Assembly (NCBI GenBank): GCA_965249725.1
Contig: CBDFMQ010000002.1
Location: forward strand, 1,696,001 to 1,760,000
Direction: 5' to 3'
Length of the DNA stretch: 64,000 nt
Origin: Longimicrobiales bacterium
GTDB lineage: Bacteria > Gemmatimonadota > Gemmatimonadetes > Longimicrobiales > Gaopeijiaceae
This document shows, in pieces, positions 50,045 to 60,413 of the stretch. Position numbers and translations under genes: made by a program. The notes beneath the pieces were generated by a model. That model worked only from the letters and a program-made list of their open reading frames with translations, was not told where the DNA came from and did not search any database. Each line of letters begins with the position of its first letter. Positions within the stretch are counted from its first letter, which is position 1.

Positions 50045-50626
50045 ATGACTGAGCCATACGCCTCACGCAGAGAGTTCCTCGCCGCCACCGGGACCATGGC
50101 CGGTCTATGGCTCGGGACCGACCCCGACGCCTTTTTCAGCGCCCTCGAGGCTTCTCGAGCCGCGTCACGCGGAGAACAGGTCGTATACGAGGTGCTGACC
50201 GCCGCGCAGGCGGCCGACCTCGACGCCATCGCAGCCCAGATCATCCCGAGCGACGACGACCTGCCGGGTGCACGCGAGGCTCGAGCGGTCGTGTTCATCG
50301 ACCGGGCTCTGAGCGGATTCATGGCAGGCCAGAAAGACTTCCTGCTGGAAGGACTGGACGATCTCAACGGCACGGTAACGGAGCGGTGGCCCGCATCAGG
50401 ACGATTCGCCGGTCTTACAGAGGAGCAGCAGCACGGACTCCTCACCGAAATCGAGGACGAGCCGTTCTTCGGAGCCGTTAGGTTCGGCGTGCTCACGGGG
50501 ATGTTCGCCCATCCGGACTGGGGCGGGAACTACGAGGGGGCTGGATGGAAGCTCCTGGGCTTCGAGCCCCGGTTCGCTTGGCAACCCCCCTTCGGAGAGT
50601 ACGACGCAGAGGAGATGGGACGATGA
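50045..50626 (+). CDS. Gluconate 2-dehydrogenase subunit 3 family protein (Tat)
   Basis: SRREFL, IIPSDDDLPGA, FIDRAL, GGNYEGAGWKLLGF. Confidence 0.88.
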   Translation: MTEPYASRREFLAATGTMAGLWLGTDPDAFFSALEASRAASRGEQVVYEVLTAAQAADLDAIAAQIIPSDDDLPGAREARAVVFIDRALSGFMAGQKDFLLEGLDDLNGTVTERWPASGRFAGLTEEQQHGLLTEIEDEPFFGAVRFGVLTGMFAHPDWGGNYEGAGWKLLGFEPRFAWQPPFGEYDAEEMGR

Positions 50627-52302
50627 GCCCCGAGAAGACGCGGGGAGAAGCTCCACGCGGAGTCCGATTCCAGGAGAGCGACGAGGTCGACTTCATTGTC
50701 GTCGGTTCGGGCGCTGCGGGCGGGGTGGTGGCGAAAGAGTTGGCCGTGGCGGGCTTCTCGGTCCTGGTGCTGGAGCAGGGGCCCCGCGTGGCACCCCACG
50801 AATTCAAGCACGACGAGTTCGACACCTTCTATCAGGGTTGGCTCAGCAACACCGCGGAGCTGCAACCGCAGACCTTCAGGGAGGGGCCGGACGCCGATCC
50901 CGTGACGGCCAACGCGGTCAGCTACCATCGGCTCGTCGGCGGGGGAAGCGTCATGTTCTCTGCGAACTACTGGCGCTTCAAGCCGCTCGACTTCATGGAG
51001 AAGAGCATCGTCGGCTCGATCGAAGGCACCGGCCTCGACGACTGGCCCATCACGTACGACGAGTTGGAGCCCTACTACACGAAGGCTGAGTGGGATCTGG
51101 GTATCTCGGGCGAGCCGGGGCCGTTCGACCCGCCGCGCTCACGCCCCTACCCTGTGCCCCCGCTTCCCGTAAAGAGCTCAGGCGTGCTCTTCGAGAGGGG
51201 TGCGCGTGCGCTGGGCCTGAACCCGCAGGTCGCCCCAATGTGCGTGATCTCCGAGCCCTACAAGGGACGCTCGGCGTGTCAGCACTGTGGGTACTGTGCG
51301 GGATTCGGCTGTGAGCACCAGGCCAAGTCCTCGACGCTCTTCACTACGATCCCCGAGGCCGAGGCTACCGGCCGATGCGAGATCCGATCCGAGAGCTACG
51401 TACGCAAGGTGGAGATCGACGACCGAGGCCGAGCCACCGGCGTCATCTACTTCGACGCGGATCGGATGGAGCACTTCCAGCCGGCCAAGGCCGTGGTCGT
51501 CTGTGCCAACGGCGCCGAGACGCCACGCCTGCTCCTCATGTCGAAGAGCAACTTCTTCCCCGACGGGCTGGCAAACTCGAGCGGCATGGTCGGCAAGTAC
51601 CTCATGTTCAACGGGAACGCTGGGACCACGGCCGTCTTCGATCGACCGCTGAACGAGTGGAAGAGCGTGATGGTCACCCGGATGCTCTGGGACTACTACG
51701 ACTCCGATCCTGCGCGTGGGTTCTACGGCGGTGGCGGCCTCGACGCCCGCTACTGGGGGGGATACCCGCTCTTCTTCGGCAGCGGCAGATTCCTCCCGCC
51801 GGGCTCGCCCACCTGGGGACGGGAATACAAGCGCCTGCTCAACAACAACTACTCGCGCACCATGAACGTCGATGTGCACACCACGTCGCTGCCGGTGGAG
51901 ACCAATCGCATCGAGCTCGATCCGGAACTCAAGGACGATTGGGGCCTCCCGGCCATCCAGACCACCTGGAAGGACCACGACGACGACATGGCGATGATGG
52001 CGTTCCTGGCCGAGAAGGCCAACGACATCATGGACGCGGCCGGCGCACTACAGACCTGGCGGCCGGACAACTTCCAGCAAAGCTTCGGGGTGCACCTGCT
52101 CGGGACGTGCCGCATGGGTGACGACGCCAACGCATCCGTCGTGGACAAGTACCACCGGACGCACGACGTGCGGAACCTCTTCCTGGTGGACGGAAGCAGC
52201 ATGGTGACCGGCGGACGCGGGCAGCCGACCTGTACGATCCAGGCCCTGGCCTACCGGGCCGCGGACCACATCGGGCAGTTCGCCCAGCGCGGCGAGATCT
52301 AG
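50623..52302 (+). CDS. GMC family oxidoreductase
   Basis: VGSGAAGG, CQHCGYC, ETPRLLL, HLLGTCRMG. Confidence 0.93.
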   Translation: MSPEKTRGEAPRGVRFQESDEVDFIVVGSGAAGGVVAKELAVAGFSVLVLEQGPRVAPHEFKHDEFDTFYQGWLSNTAELQPQTFREGPDADPVTANAVSYHRLVGGGSVMFSANYWRFKPLDFMEKSIVGSIEGTGLDDWPITYDELEPYYTKAEWDLGISGEPGPFDPPRSRPYPVPPLPVKSSGVLFERGARALGLNPQVAPMCVISEPYKGRSACQHCGYCAGFGCEHQAKSSTLFTTIPEAEATGRCEIRSESYVRKVEIDDRGRATGVIYFDADRMEHFQPAKAVVVCANGAETPRLLLMSKSNFFPDGLANSSGMVGKYLMFNGNAGTTAVFDRPLNEWKSVMVTRMLWDYYDSDPARGFYGGGGLDARYWGGYPLFFGSGRFLPPGSPTWGREYKRLLNNNYSRTMNVDVHTTSLPVETNRIELDPELKDDWGLPAIQTTWKDHDDDMAMMAFLAEKANDIMDAAGALQTWRPDNFQQSFGVHLLGTCRMGDDANASVVDKYHRTHDVRNLFLVDGSSMVTGGRGQPTCTIQALAYRAADHIGQFAQRGEI

Positions 52303-52329
52303 GAGCCGGGCCTGCTGGAGTCGGTCCGG

Positions 52330-52587
52330 TCAGTCCTCGTTCGACGACCCGGGTGGGCCTGGCAGCTTCTGAGTTGGCGGAGTCGCCCCCGGCGGCGGTT
52401 CGGACCACGGCGCCTTCGACGTGGGGGTTACGACGAGCATACCCATGCCCATGCCCATGCCCATCATGCCCTTCCCACTGGTGGGAATCGCGTGCAGAGA
52501 CGGGGGAGCGGCGAGCGTCCGGATAAGGGGCGTCGCGTAGATCGCACCCTTAGCTACGGACAGTAGGAATTTACGCCGGTCTTTCAT
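52330..52587 (-). CDS. 85-aa peptide with RRKFL, YATPLI and (MG)n; precursor-like
   Basis: SD GAGGA before ATG; twin-Arg, YxxPxI motif, Met-Gly repeat, Pro-rich tail. Confidence 0.65.
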   Translation of the reverse strand: MKDRRKFLLSVAKGAIYATPLIRTLAAPPSLHAIPTSGKGMMGMGMGMGMLVVTPTSKAPWSEPPPGATPPTQKLPGPPGSSNED

Positions 52588-52673
52588 CGTTCCTCTTCGG
52601 AATGGGCCGAAAGCTCCACTTCAACAGTGCACCTTGAACTATCCCCAGGTCAACGCTTTGGCGATGCCTCGGA

Positions 52674-53011
52674 CAGGAGTCGGGATCGCGGGCGTGGTCG
52701 CGTTCAGCGTCAATCAGAAGCAGAGGGACATCGGGGTACGGATCGCGCTGGGTGCGCGCGGCTCCGAGGTGCTCGGCCTTCTCGTCACCTCGATAGCGCA
52801 CCCCGTGGGGTGGGGCCTGTTGGTCGGTCTCATCACTGCCCGAGCGCTGACTGGGACGGTGGAGGCCTTCCTGTTCAGGGTCGACCCGGCCGATCCCCTC
52901 GTCTACGTATTTATGGCCCTCGGCCTGGCCGTCGTCGCTGCCCTCGCCACCCTGATTCTCGCGAGTAGGGCCGCTCGCATCGATCCGATCAAGGTGCTGA
53001 AGACGGAATAG
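52674..53011 (+). pseudogene. C-terminal FtsX/MacB (ADOP-type) ABC permease remnant
   Basis: GIAGVVAFSVNQKQRDIGVRIALGA...RAARIDPIKVLKTE*; N-terminal part absent. Confidence 0.8.
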
Positions 53012-53161
53012 GCCTTAAGTAGCGAGACGGGTTGCTCTAAGTCGGCCAGAGTGCATACAGTGCGGGTCGCGACATAGGACGTCAGGCCTCATAGTCACCT
53101 GTGTCGCTCCACCGTCAAAAGGGAATCCCGTCTTGCTCATCCTCGCCGTAGACGTCCCCTC

Positions 53162-53786
53162 GTGAGCCGAACCTTCCGTCCGCGCCTCCGCGCCCTGATA
53201 GTGAACTGCTATGCGGACGAGACGCGTCGTCCGGTAGCGCGAAGACAGAAGATCCCCAACTCGCTCGGTCCCGTCTTCCTCGCCGGAGGCCTACACCCAG
53301 AGTTGTGGGACATCCGGCTACACAACGAGATGTCACACGGCCCCCTCGAGGATGAACATGTTCTCGGGTGGCCCGACATCTTGATCATGACGGGCCTCAC
53401 CACGGCGTTGGATCGCATGAAGCACGTAACCGCCTACGCGCGCTCACGAAATCCACGCGTGGTGGTCGTCATGGGCGGGCACCTCGCTCGCTCATTCCCG
53501 AAGCATTGTGCCGAGTTCTTCGACTATGTCTGTCAGGGCGATGTGGAGGAGATCTGTGAGGTGGTCACGGAGGCTTTCGGAGCCGCTTACGCCTCGCCCG
53601 AAATGGTGCCGCGATACGATCTCGCGCCGTGGATCGGGTGGATGGGTTATGCGGAGACGACGCGCAACTGCAACTTCAGCTGCAACTTCTGTGTGCTGAG
53701 CGCCGAAGGGCGGCCCTTTTCGACCTCGACGGCAGACCAGGTGCAGAAGCAGCTCAGGGCAATGGGTGACCGGCGGTACATGATTC
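53162..53786 (+). pseudogene. B12-binding radical SAM protein, 5' part (IS-interrupted)
   Basis: B12-binding-like VVVMGGH/GDVE and CNFSCNFC motif; ends at the target duplication. Confidence 0.88.
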
Positions 53787-53944
53787 GGCGCTTATCCCCT
53801 TGACGCACGATATGGAGGCTGATACCATGAGATATGAGCGCGAAACGCGAAGTGTGGAAACGGTTCTGGCCGCCGTGTACGACGACGGCGGTATTCTGTG
53901 GCCTTCTGGTGGACTTTCGGGGTGCCGTGTCCAAGGTGGCGTCT

Positions 53945-54337
53945 ATGTGGCCGCTTATTGAAGCCCTGCTGCCGATCCTCGCCTTGGGCGGCACGGTCGG
54001 CGGTAGCATCTGGCTTACCGGCACGATATGGGAGTGGTGGAAGCCTCGACGCTTGTCGGTGCAGTTACGGCAAATGGCCCCGGAAATAGACCTAGTCCAA
54101 TCCAAACTTCGGGGGCACTACGACTACGGAGAGCCCAATCCGAGGGCACTGGCCATGCTGATTGACGACCTGTGGCGTCGATTCGGAATCAAAACACCCG
54201 ACTTGATGACGATGGAAGAGTGGAAAGACTATCTTTTCGCACTTTACCGTCTCGCTCGTCAGGGCAAGGTGCGGGATGCGCGTAGACTCAGGTCATCCCG
54301 GATGCTCACCGAGCGGGCCCAATTACGGGAAGAGTGA
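53945..54337 (+). CDS. IS passenger: hypothetical single-TM protein
   Basis: N-terminal TM then helical domain; inside the IRs. Confidence 0.5.
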   Translation: MWPLIEALLPILALGGTVGGSIWLTGTIWEWWKPRRLSVQLRQMAPEIDLVQSKLRGHYDYGEPNPRALAMLIDDLWRRFGIKTPDLMTMEEWKDYLFALYRLARQGKVRDARRLRSSRMLTERAQLREE

Positions 54338-54363
54338 TGTTGCACATAGGCGATTGCGGTCTT

Positions 54364-54624
54364 TTAAGAACGAGTTCGAACAAGCTCGAACAGAGTAACA
54401 ATAATGGCCGGTGCTAGGTATAGGTTGAAAGCCTCAACGAACAGGGGATTAGGTGCTTCATCCTGTAACCCGAAACCAGCCATGACTGTATTGATCCCCA
54501 AAGAAATGACCCCCATTAGGACTATTTGTCCTCTGCCATTTGGTTGTTCTCGAAACTTCCTGCAAAAGTATAGGCACAGCCTGAGAATCAGATAAGAGAT
54601 GACTAAGGCACCTATGAAAAACAT
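54364..54624 (-). CDS. IS passenger: AT-rich small membrane protein
   Basis: SD AAGGAGG just after the transposase stop; three hydrophobic segments. Confidence 0.6.
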   Translation of the reverse strand: MFFIGALVISYLILRLCLYFCRKFREQPNGRGQIVLMGVISLGINTVMAGFGLQDEAPNPLFVEAFNLYLAPAIIVTLFELVRTRS

Positions 54625-54637
54625 GATTGTCCCTCCT

Positions 54638-55537
54638 TCACGCCACCAGGGTTCGGTATTCCAGCGGGTCGGTATTCATGATCCGCGCCAGCGTGTCGCG
54701 GAAGAGGTACGGATTGTCACGGTTGTTGAATCTCCATTCCAGCTCTTCGAGGTAACGGTCTAGATGCTTCCGCGAGATCTTGTGGAACGCGCCCATGATG
54801 GAGCGCTTGAAGAGACTCCATACGCCTTCGATGGAGTTGGTATGAACGTCACCAACGACCCACTCGTCTGCGGAATGCTGGACCGTCTCATGTCGAGTAT
54901 CGGCGTCCCCGATCCCGAGATAGCTCTTGAGTTCGTCGGTGTAGATCGCTTCTGCTTCGTCCTTGACGGCTCTGGAAATGAAGGAATGGAGGGTGGCCCG
55001 CTTGATGTCGGGGATGCGCTCCAGACGCACTTTGCCGCCCCGCTGGATAGCTCCGGCAACCCACGTCTTGTTGCCTTTGTACGCCGTGCCCTTGCCCTTC
55101 GTCTTGCCGCCGATGAGCGTCTCGTCCACTTCGACAACACCGACGAGCGTGGGGCCACGCAGCGGATCGTTGCCCATGGCCTCGCGGATGCGATGGCAGA
55201 GATACCAAGCCGTCTTGTAAGAGCCGATCCCGAGGGTGCGCCACAACTGATGGGCGCTCATGCCCTTCTTGCTCTCACACAGCAGGAAGATGGCCAGGAA
55301 CCAAGTGCGGAGCGGTAGGTGGGAATCGTGCATGATCGTGCCCGCCGTAACGCTGAACCGATAGTCGCATGAACGGCAGCAATACTGATTCCGGCTCTCG
55401 ATCTCGCCCACGTCCATGTCTCCGCATCGGAGGCAGGCAACGCCGAATGGCCAGCGGATCGCCTCCAAGGTGTCGCGGCACTTCGCATCGTCGTTGTAGC
55501 GATCCATCAACGTTAACAGGCTGATCTTTCGACCCAT
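54638..55537 (-). CDS. IS1595-family DDE transposase
   Basis: Zn ribbon CLRC...CRSC, FSVTAGTIMHDSHLPL, VEVDET, IYTDE, HTNSIEGVWSLFKR. Confidence 0.95.
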   Translation of the reverse strand: MGRKISLLTLMDRYNDDAKCRDTLEAIRWPFGVACLRCGDMDVGEIESRNQYCCRSCDYRFSVTAGTIMHDSHLPLRTWFLAIFLLCESKKGMSAHQLWRTLGIGSYKTAWYLCHRIREAMGNDPLRGPTLVGVVEVDETLIGGKTKGKGTAYKGNKTWVAGAIQRGGKVRLERIPDIKRATLHSFISRAVKDEAEAIYTDELKSYLGIGDADTRHETVQHSADEWVVGDVHTNSIEGVWSLFKRSIMGAFHKISRKHLDRYLEELEWRFNNRDNPYLFRDTLARIMNTDPLEYRTLVA

Positions 55538-55709
55538 GGCTCAAGCTCCCAAGAAAAAGAAGCGGCGTCCACGGACTGTCCCCAAGACCATCGCGACCAA
55601 AACGGACCGCGAGATTATGGAGACGGTGTTCGGCAAGCGGATCGTCGAGGCCGCTGACGCCGAAGTCAAGTCCGTGAAACAAGTTGCATCGTCCATGGAT
55701 GAAGAATAA
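55536..55709 (+). CDS. 57-aa ORF divergent from the transposase (below ORF-track cutoff)
   Basis: MAQAPKKKKRRPRTVPKTIATKTDREIMETVFGKRIVEAADAEVKSVKQVASSMDEE*; fills the gap to the right IR. Confidence 0.5.
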   Translation: MAQAPKKKKRRPRTVPKTIATKTDREIMETVFGKRIVEAADAEVKSVKQVASSMDEE

Positions 55710-55744
55710 CACCTATGTTATCGTGCGTCAAGGGGATAAGCGCC

Positions 55745-56702
55745 CATGATTCTGGTCGACAACAACTTCTACGGGAGTGACCGTGGGAGTTTTCGGAAGC
55801 GCGTGGGGGCCGTGAAGGAGGGGTGGGAGCGGGGCCAGTATCGAGGGTGGGGGGCGCTCGTCACCAATGACTTCTACCTCGACCGAGGGAACCTGCCACT
55901 GGTCAAGGATGCGGGTTGCCAATTCCTCTTCAGCGGCGTGGAGTCCTTCGACCCCGCGTGGAACGCGCTCCAGAACAAGCGCCAGAACGACATCCGACCG
56001 CCAACAGAGGTGATCGAGGAGTGCCTGGAGATGGGGATCGTGTTCTTCTACGGCCTCATTCTCGACCTCGGGACCAGGACGATCGCGGATATCCGGGCGG
56101 AACTCGACTACGTGGTGAGCCAATCCCAAATCACCCTTCCGGCGTTCCTCTCGATGCCCGTTCCGATTCCCGGGACGCCCCTCTTTCGGCAGCTCCTGGA
56201 GGATCGCAGACTCCTCCCTGACACCAAGATCCGCGATCTGGACTCGACTACGATTTCTCTCGACACTGTCGATCCGCTGGATGAGGCCGCCGAGTTCTTG
56301 AGGGGGCTTCAGTCGTTCAAGGGTTACCGCCGCCGCGTGCTTCAGCACGCGGCCGGTTTCTGGAAGAGATATCGAAAGGTGCTCACGCGCGAGCAGATGG
56401 TGGTGGCGACGGCCAATGGTGCGCTTTGCGTGGCCCCTCTCCTCGCAACGGGGCCCACGAGCCTTGGAGGCCGGGGCCCCCGGAGAACACATGTGAGCAC
56501 CACGGAGGCGATCGATCGCTTCTACGAGCCGGCCTTTCGCGTCGCCGCCGAGTACGAAGGGCACTTCAAGCCCACTATGCTCACATCACGCGATCGGGAG
56601 ATCTCGGAAGACCTGCACGAAGATGTCTTCGGAACCACTCATGGTGCCGGCGCCGAGGTACCGCTGCCGATGGTTGCCGCCCGCGCCCGCACGGTAGGGT
56701 AA
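55745..56702 (+). pseudogene. B12-binding radical SAM protein, 3' part
   Basis: Removing the IS and one TSD joins RRYMI-LVDNNF in frame; FSGVESF, PIPGTPLF. Confidence 0.88.
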
Positions 56703-56713
56703 GGAGGCCCCCG

Positions 56714-59700
56714 ATCGATCCACCGAAGCGCTTTACCCTGCTGCGCCGGCTCGGTGAGGGTAGCTTCGGGACCGTGCACGAGGCTCTCGACACCACCACG
56801 GGACAGCGTGTAGCTCTCAAGCAGCTTCAACGGTTCGAGTCGGACGGACTCCTCCGATTCAAGAGGGAATTCAGGGCCCTCGCAGATATCAGGCACGAGA
56901 ACCTGGTGCGCTTCGGCGAGTTGGTCTCCGAGGACGATGAGTGGTTCTTCACCATGGAGCTGGTCGAGGGTGTGCCTCTCCACGACTACGTGATGGCCGA
57001 GGGCGACACGAGCGCGGGTGGTAGCGCCTTTCGCTTCAGGTTCGATGAGGCGCGACTCAAAGCCTCGTTTTCTCAACTCGTCGAGGGTGTCCACGCCATC
57101 CACTGCGCAGGGATGCTCCACCGTGACTTGAAGCCCCCCAACGTCCTGGTCACGAAAGAGGGACGGGTCGTGATTCTCGACTTCGGACTGGTGGTGCATC
57201 TCGGAGCCGATGACGCCACTCGCTCGACTCAGGTGGTCGGGACTCCTGCGTACATGTCGCCTGAACAAGCCCAGGGGAAGGGCGCGGGCACACCGAGTGA
57301 CTGGTACGCCGTGGGACTGATGCTCTTCGAGGCGCTGACGGGTGAGTTGCCCTTCAAGGGCGGCGTCTTCGAGATGATCGTGCAACGCCACACGGAGGAT
57401 CCCGCGCGTCCCTCGACACTCGACCGCTCCCTTCCTAAGAAACTCGACGACCTCTGTTACCGACTCATCGCAAGGGATCCCGAGGCTCGCCCCTCGTACG
57501 AAGAGTTGTCGAGGGCATTCGGCTCCCAGCCCCCTCGCCCTCCCACCCCGCAAATCAGAACGGCGGGTGAGATCTTCGTCGGCCGGACCGCCGAGCTGGC
57601 TCGCCTTCGGGAGGCCTTTCAAACAGTCAAGGATGGAGGGGCCGCGCAGGTGCTGGTCGGAGGGCCGTCTGGCATCGGCAAGACAAGCCTCATCAAGCAC
57701 TTCCTCGACGAGATTCAGGCCGAAGATCGGCGGGCGCTTCTGTTGCGCGGAAGGTGCTACCGAAGCGAGTCGGTGCCCTACAAGGCGTTCGACGGGTTGA
57801 TGGATGACCTCACCGACCACCTCACCCGGCTGGAAACGGCCGAGGCCGCCAGATTCCTCCCACGTGATTGGCCGGCTCGCCCGCCTGTTTCCCGTGCTGC
57901 GCGAGCTGGGAGAGCGGGTTGCGAGCCGTCGAGGGAGCGACGCGGCCCCCGACGCCCATGAGGCACGTCGGCGGGGGTTCTCGGCCCTCCGGGAAATGCT
58001 CGGGCGTCTCGGAGACGATCGACTTCTGGTTCTATTCATCGACGACCTGCAATGGGGTGACGTGGATAGCGGGCGTCTGCTCCGGGAGATCATGAGGCCG
58101 CCCGACGCCCCACCCATCCTGCTGCTCGCGACCTTTCGGAGTGATGATCGGGCGAACAGCCCCATCTTCCAGGAGATGGCGGGCACAGACGAGGAGGAGC
58201 AGCCTGCGCTCGAGATCGCGCTCAGCGAGCTTTCCGTCGAAGAGTCTCTCCATCTCGCCCTGTCCCACCTCGAGGATGACTCGGCCGAGGCGCGAGCGCG
58301 AGCGCGCGAACTGGCTCAGGAGGCGGGCGGGAGCCCGTTCTTCATGGCGGAGCTCGTCCGCCACGGAGGCTTCGGGAACGCAGACTCGACGGACCCCGTG
58401 CGGCTTGAGAGTGTGATCGAGTCCAGGCTCGCGATTCTGCCCGACGACGCTCGCAGGTTGCTGGATTGTTTCGCGGTGGCGGACCGACCCCTGGAGCTGT
58501 CCATCGCCAACCAGGTCGCGGGCTTGGATCCTGGAGATACGACTGCTATCGACGTTCTGCGCGTTGAGAATTGGCTTCGCGAGAGGAGCGGGACGGGCCG
58601 AGACATCCTGGAGCCATACCACGATCGCATTCGGGAAACCGTCGCAGCCTTGGTGCCGGATGAGGATCTCTCGTCCTATCACAACAGGCTTGGGCATGCG
58701 CTGGATCTGGCGGGAGAGGCCGATGCCGAGACCCTCGCCGAGCACTACCTACGTTCGGGCGAGGACGAGCTGGCAGCCCGGCATGCGCTTCGTGCCGCCG
58801 ACCAGGCGGCCAACGCACTCGCCTTTGATCGGGCGGCCCGCCTCTACGAGATGGGACTCGGACTGTGGGAGCCCGCTACTCAGGACACGCGGCAGTCTCT
58901 CCGCATTCGTTGGGCCGACGCCCTCGCAAACGCCGGGCGAGGTGAAGAGGCAGCGCGCGCGTATCTCGAGGTGGCCAAGAAGTCCGTGCCACGGGAGCGG
59001 CTCGAATTGAGGCGAATCGCGGCCGAGCAGTTCCTAAATTCAGGCTTGATCGACGAGGGATTGGAGGTGCTACAAAGCGTTCTACGCGAAGTCGGGATGC
59101 GTCTCCCCGGCTCTCCGTGGCGCGCCTTGGTAGCCTTGCTCATGCGGCGTGCCCGGTTGCGGATCCGCGGCCTCGGCTACACGCCACGTCGGGAGTCGGA
59201 AATCGACGAGCAGGTCCTTCAGCGGGTCGACATCTGCTGGACGGCGGGCGCGGGCCTGGCCATGGTCGATGTCATCCCAAGCGCACACTTCCAGTCCAAG
59301 CACCTGCACCTGGCGCTCCGCGCCGGGGAGCCTGCCCGAGTAGCACGGGCGCTGATCACCGAGCTCGGAATATCCTCGGCCAGCGGGAGCCGACAAGCCA
59401 AACGAACGGCCGCTCTGCTCGAGCGTTGCCGTCAGCTCGTTGAGGAATTGGATCAGCCGTACGCTCGAGGTTGGCTGGCGACGGCGGAGGGCATCAGTGC
59501 CAACCTGAGAGGCGATTTCGTTACTGCCCTGGAACGGGCCAGGAGGGGTGAGGAGATCCTCCGCGGCGAGTGTACCGGGGTGACCTGGGAACGGGACACC
59601 GCGCTCCTCTATGAACTGCATTCTCTGGTAAACCTGGGGAGGTGGCGGGGGCTCACCACCCGGGCGTACAAGGTGCTCCAAGAGGCCTTGGAACGTGATG

Positions 59701-60356
59701 ATCTGTACCTCAGCAGCTATATCCTGACCCGCAACCGCTTCGTTGAACACCTGCTGGACGACCAGCCCGAGCAGGCCCGAGCTGCCCAGGAGGTGGGGCT
59801 CGGATCCTGGTCCAGGCAGGGGTTTCACGTCCAGCACTACTGGGACTGGTATGCGCGCGGAGAGATCGACCTGTACGCCGGTAACCCCACCCGAGGTTGG
59901 GCTCGCATTGCAGCACAGTGGAGGGAGTTCAAGAGGTCGCTGCTCCCGCTAACGCAGTCATTGGCGATCGAAACGAGGTTTCTGAGGGCCCGCATCGGCA
60001 TCGCATGCGCCATCGACGACCCAGGACAGTCCAACCTGTACCTGGGGCAGGCGCAAGCCGACGCCAAATGGCTTCACGGAGAGAAATCCCGTTGGGCCGA
60101 ATCCGTCGCTCTTTCTGTAGACGCTGGTGTGGAGAGCGTACAGGGCGATCTTGGTCGGGCGAGAGAACTGGCCGCTGAGGCGGCAGAGGCCCTCAACGCA
60201 CTAGGAATCGAGCACTACGCAGAGGCCGCTTCGCGGCGGGCCGACGCAGGGAGCTCAAAGATCGACCTACGAGATGATCAGAGCTGGCTAGCGGTTCAGC
60301 GAGTCGAGAATCCAGAGCGGATGCTCGCCATGCTCTCACCGGGAAAGTGGACTTGA
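56714..60356 (+). pseudogene. Ser/Thr kinase-AAA ATPase-TPR-like protein, frameshifted near 57868
   Basis: LGEGSFGTV, HRDLKPPN, DFG, GTPAYMSPE; GPSGIGKT; FIDDLQWGD in a second frame; no ATG after the SD. Confidence 0.85.
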
Positions 60357-60413
60357 GACCCTGAGGGCCTTTGCGGCCCTTCGACGTTACAGCCCTGCAG
60401 CCGAGGAGGCACC

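Larger units (their letters stand above)
53787..55744 (-). mobile_element. IS1595-family element, 1958 bp, with passenger ORFs
   Basis: Perfect 26-bp terminal IRs GGCGCTTATCCCCTTGACGCACGATA (53787-53812, 55719-55744); 8-bp TSD CATGATTC (53779-53786, 55745-55752). Confidence 0.96.

Noticed and set aside
57860..57880. Programmed ribosomal frameshift in the kinase gene
   Set aside because: No slippery heptamer or homopolymer at the switch; mutation or sequencing error is more likely
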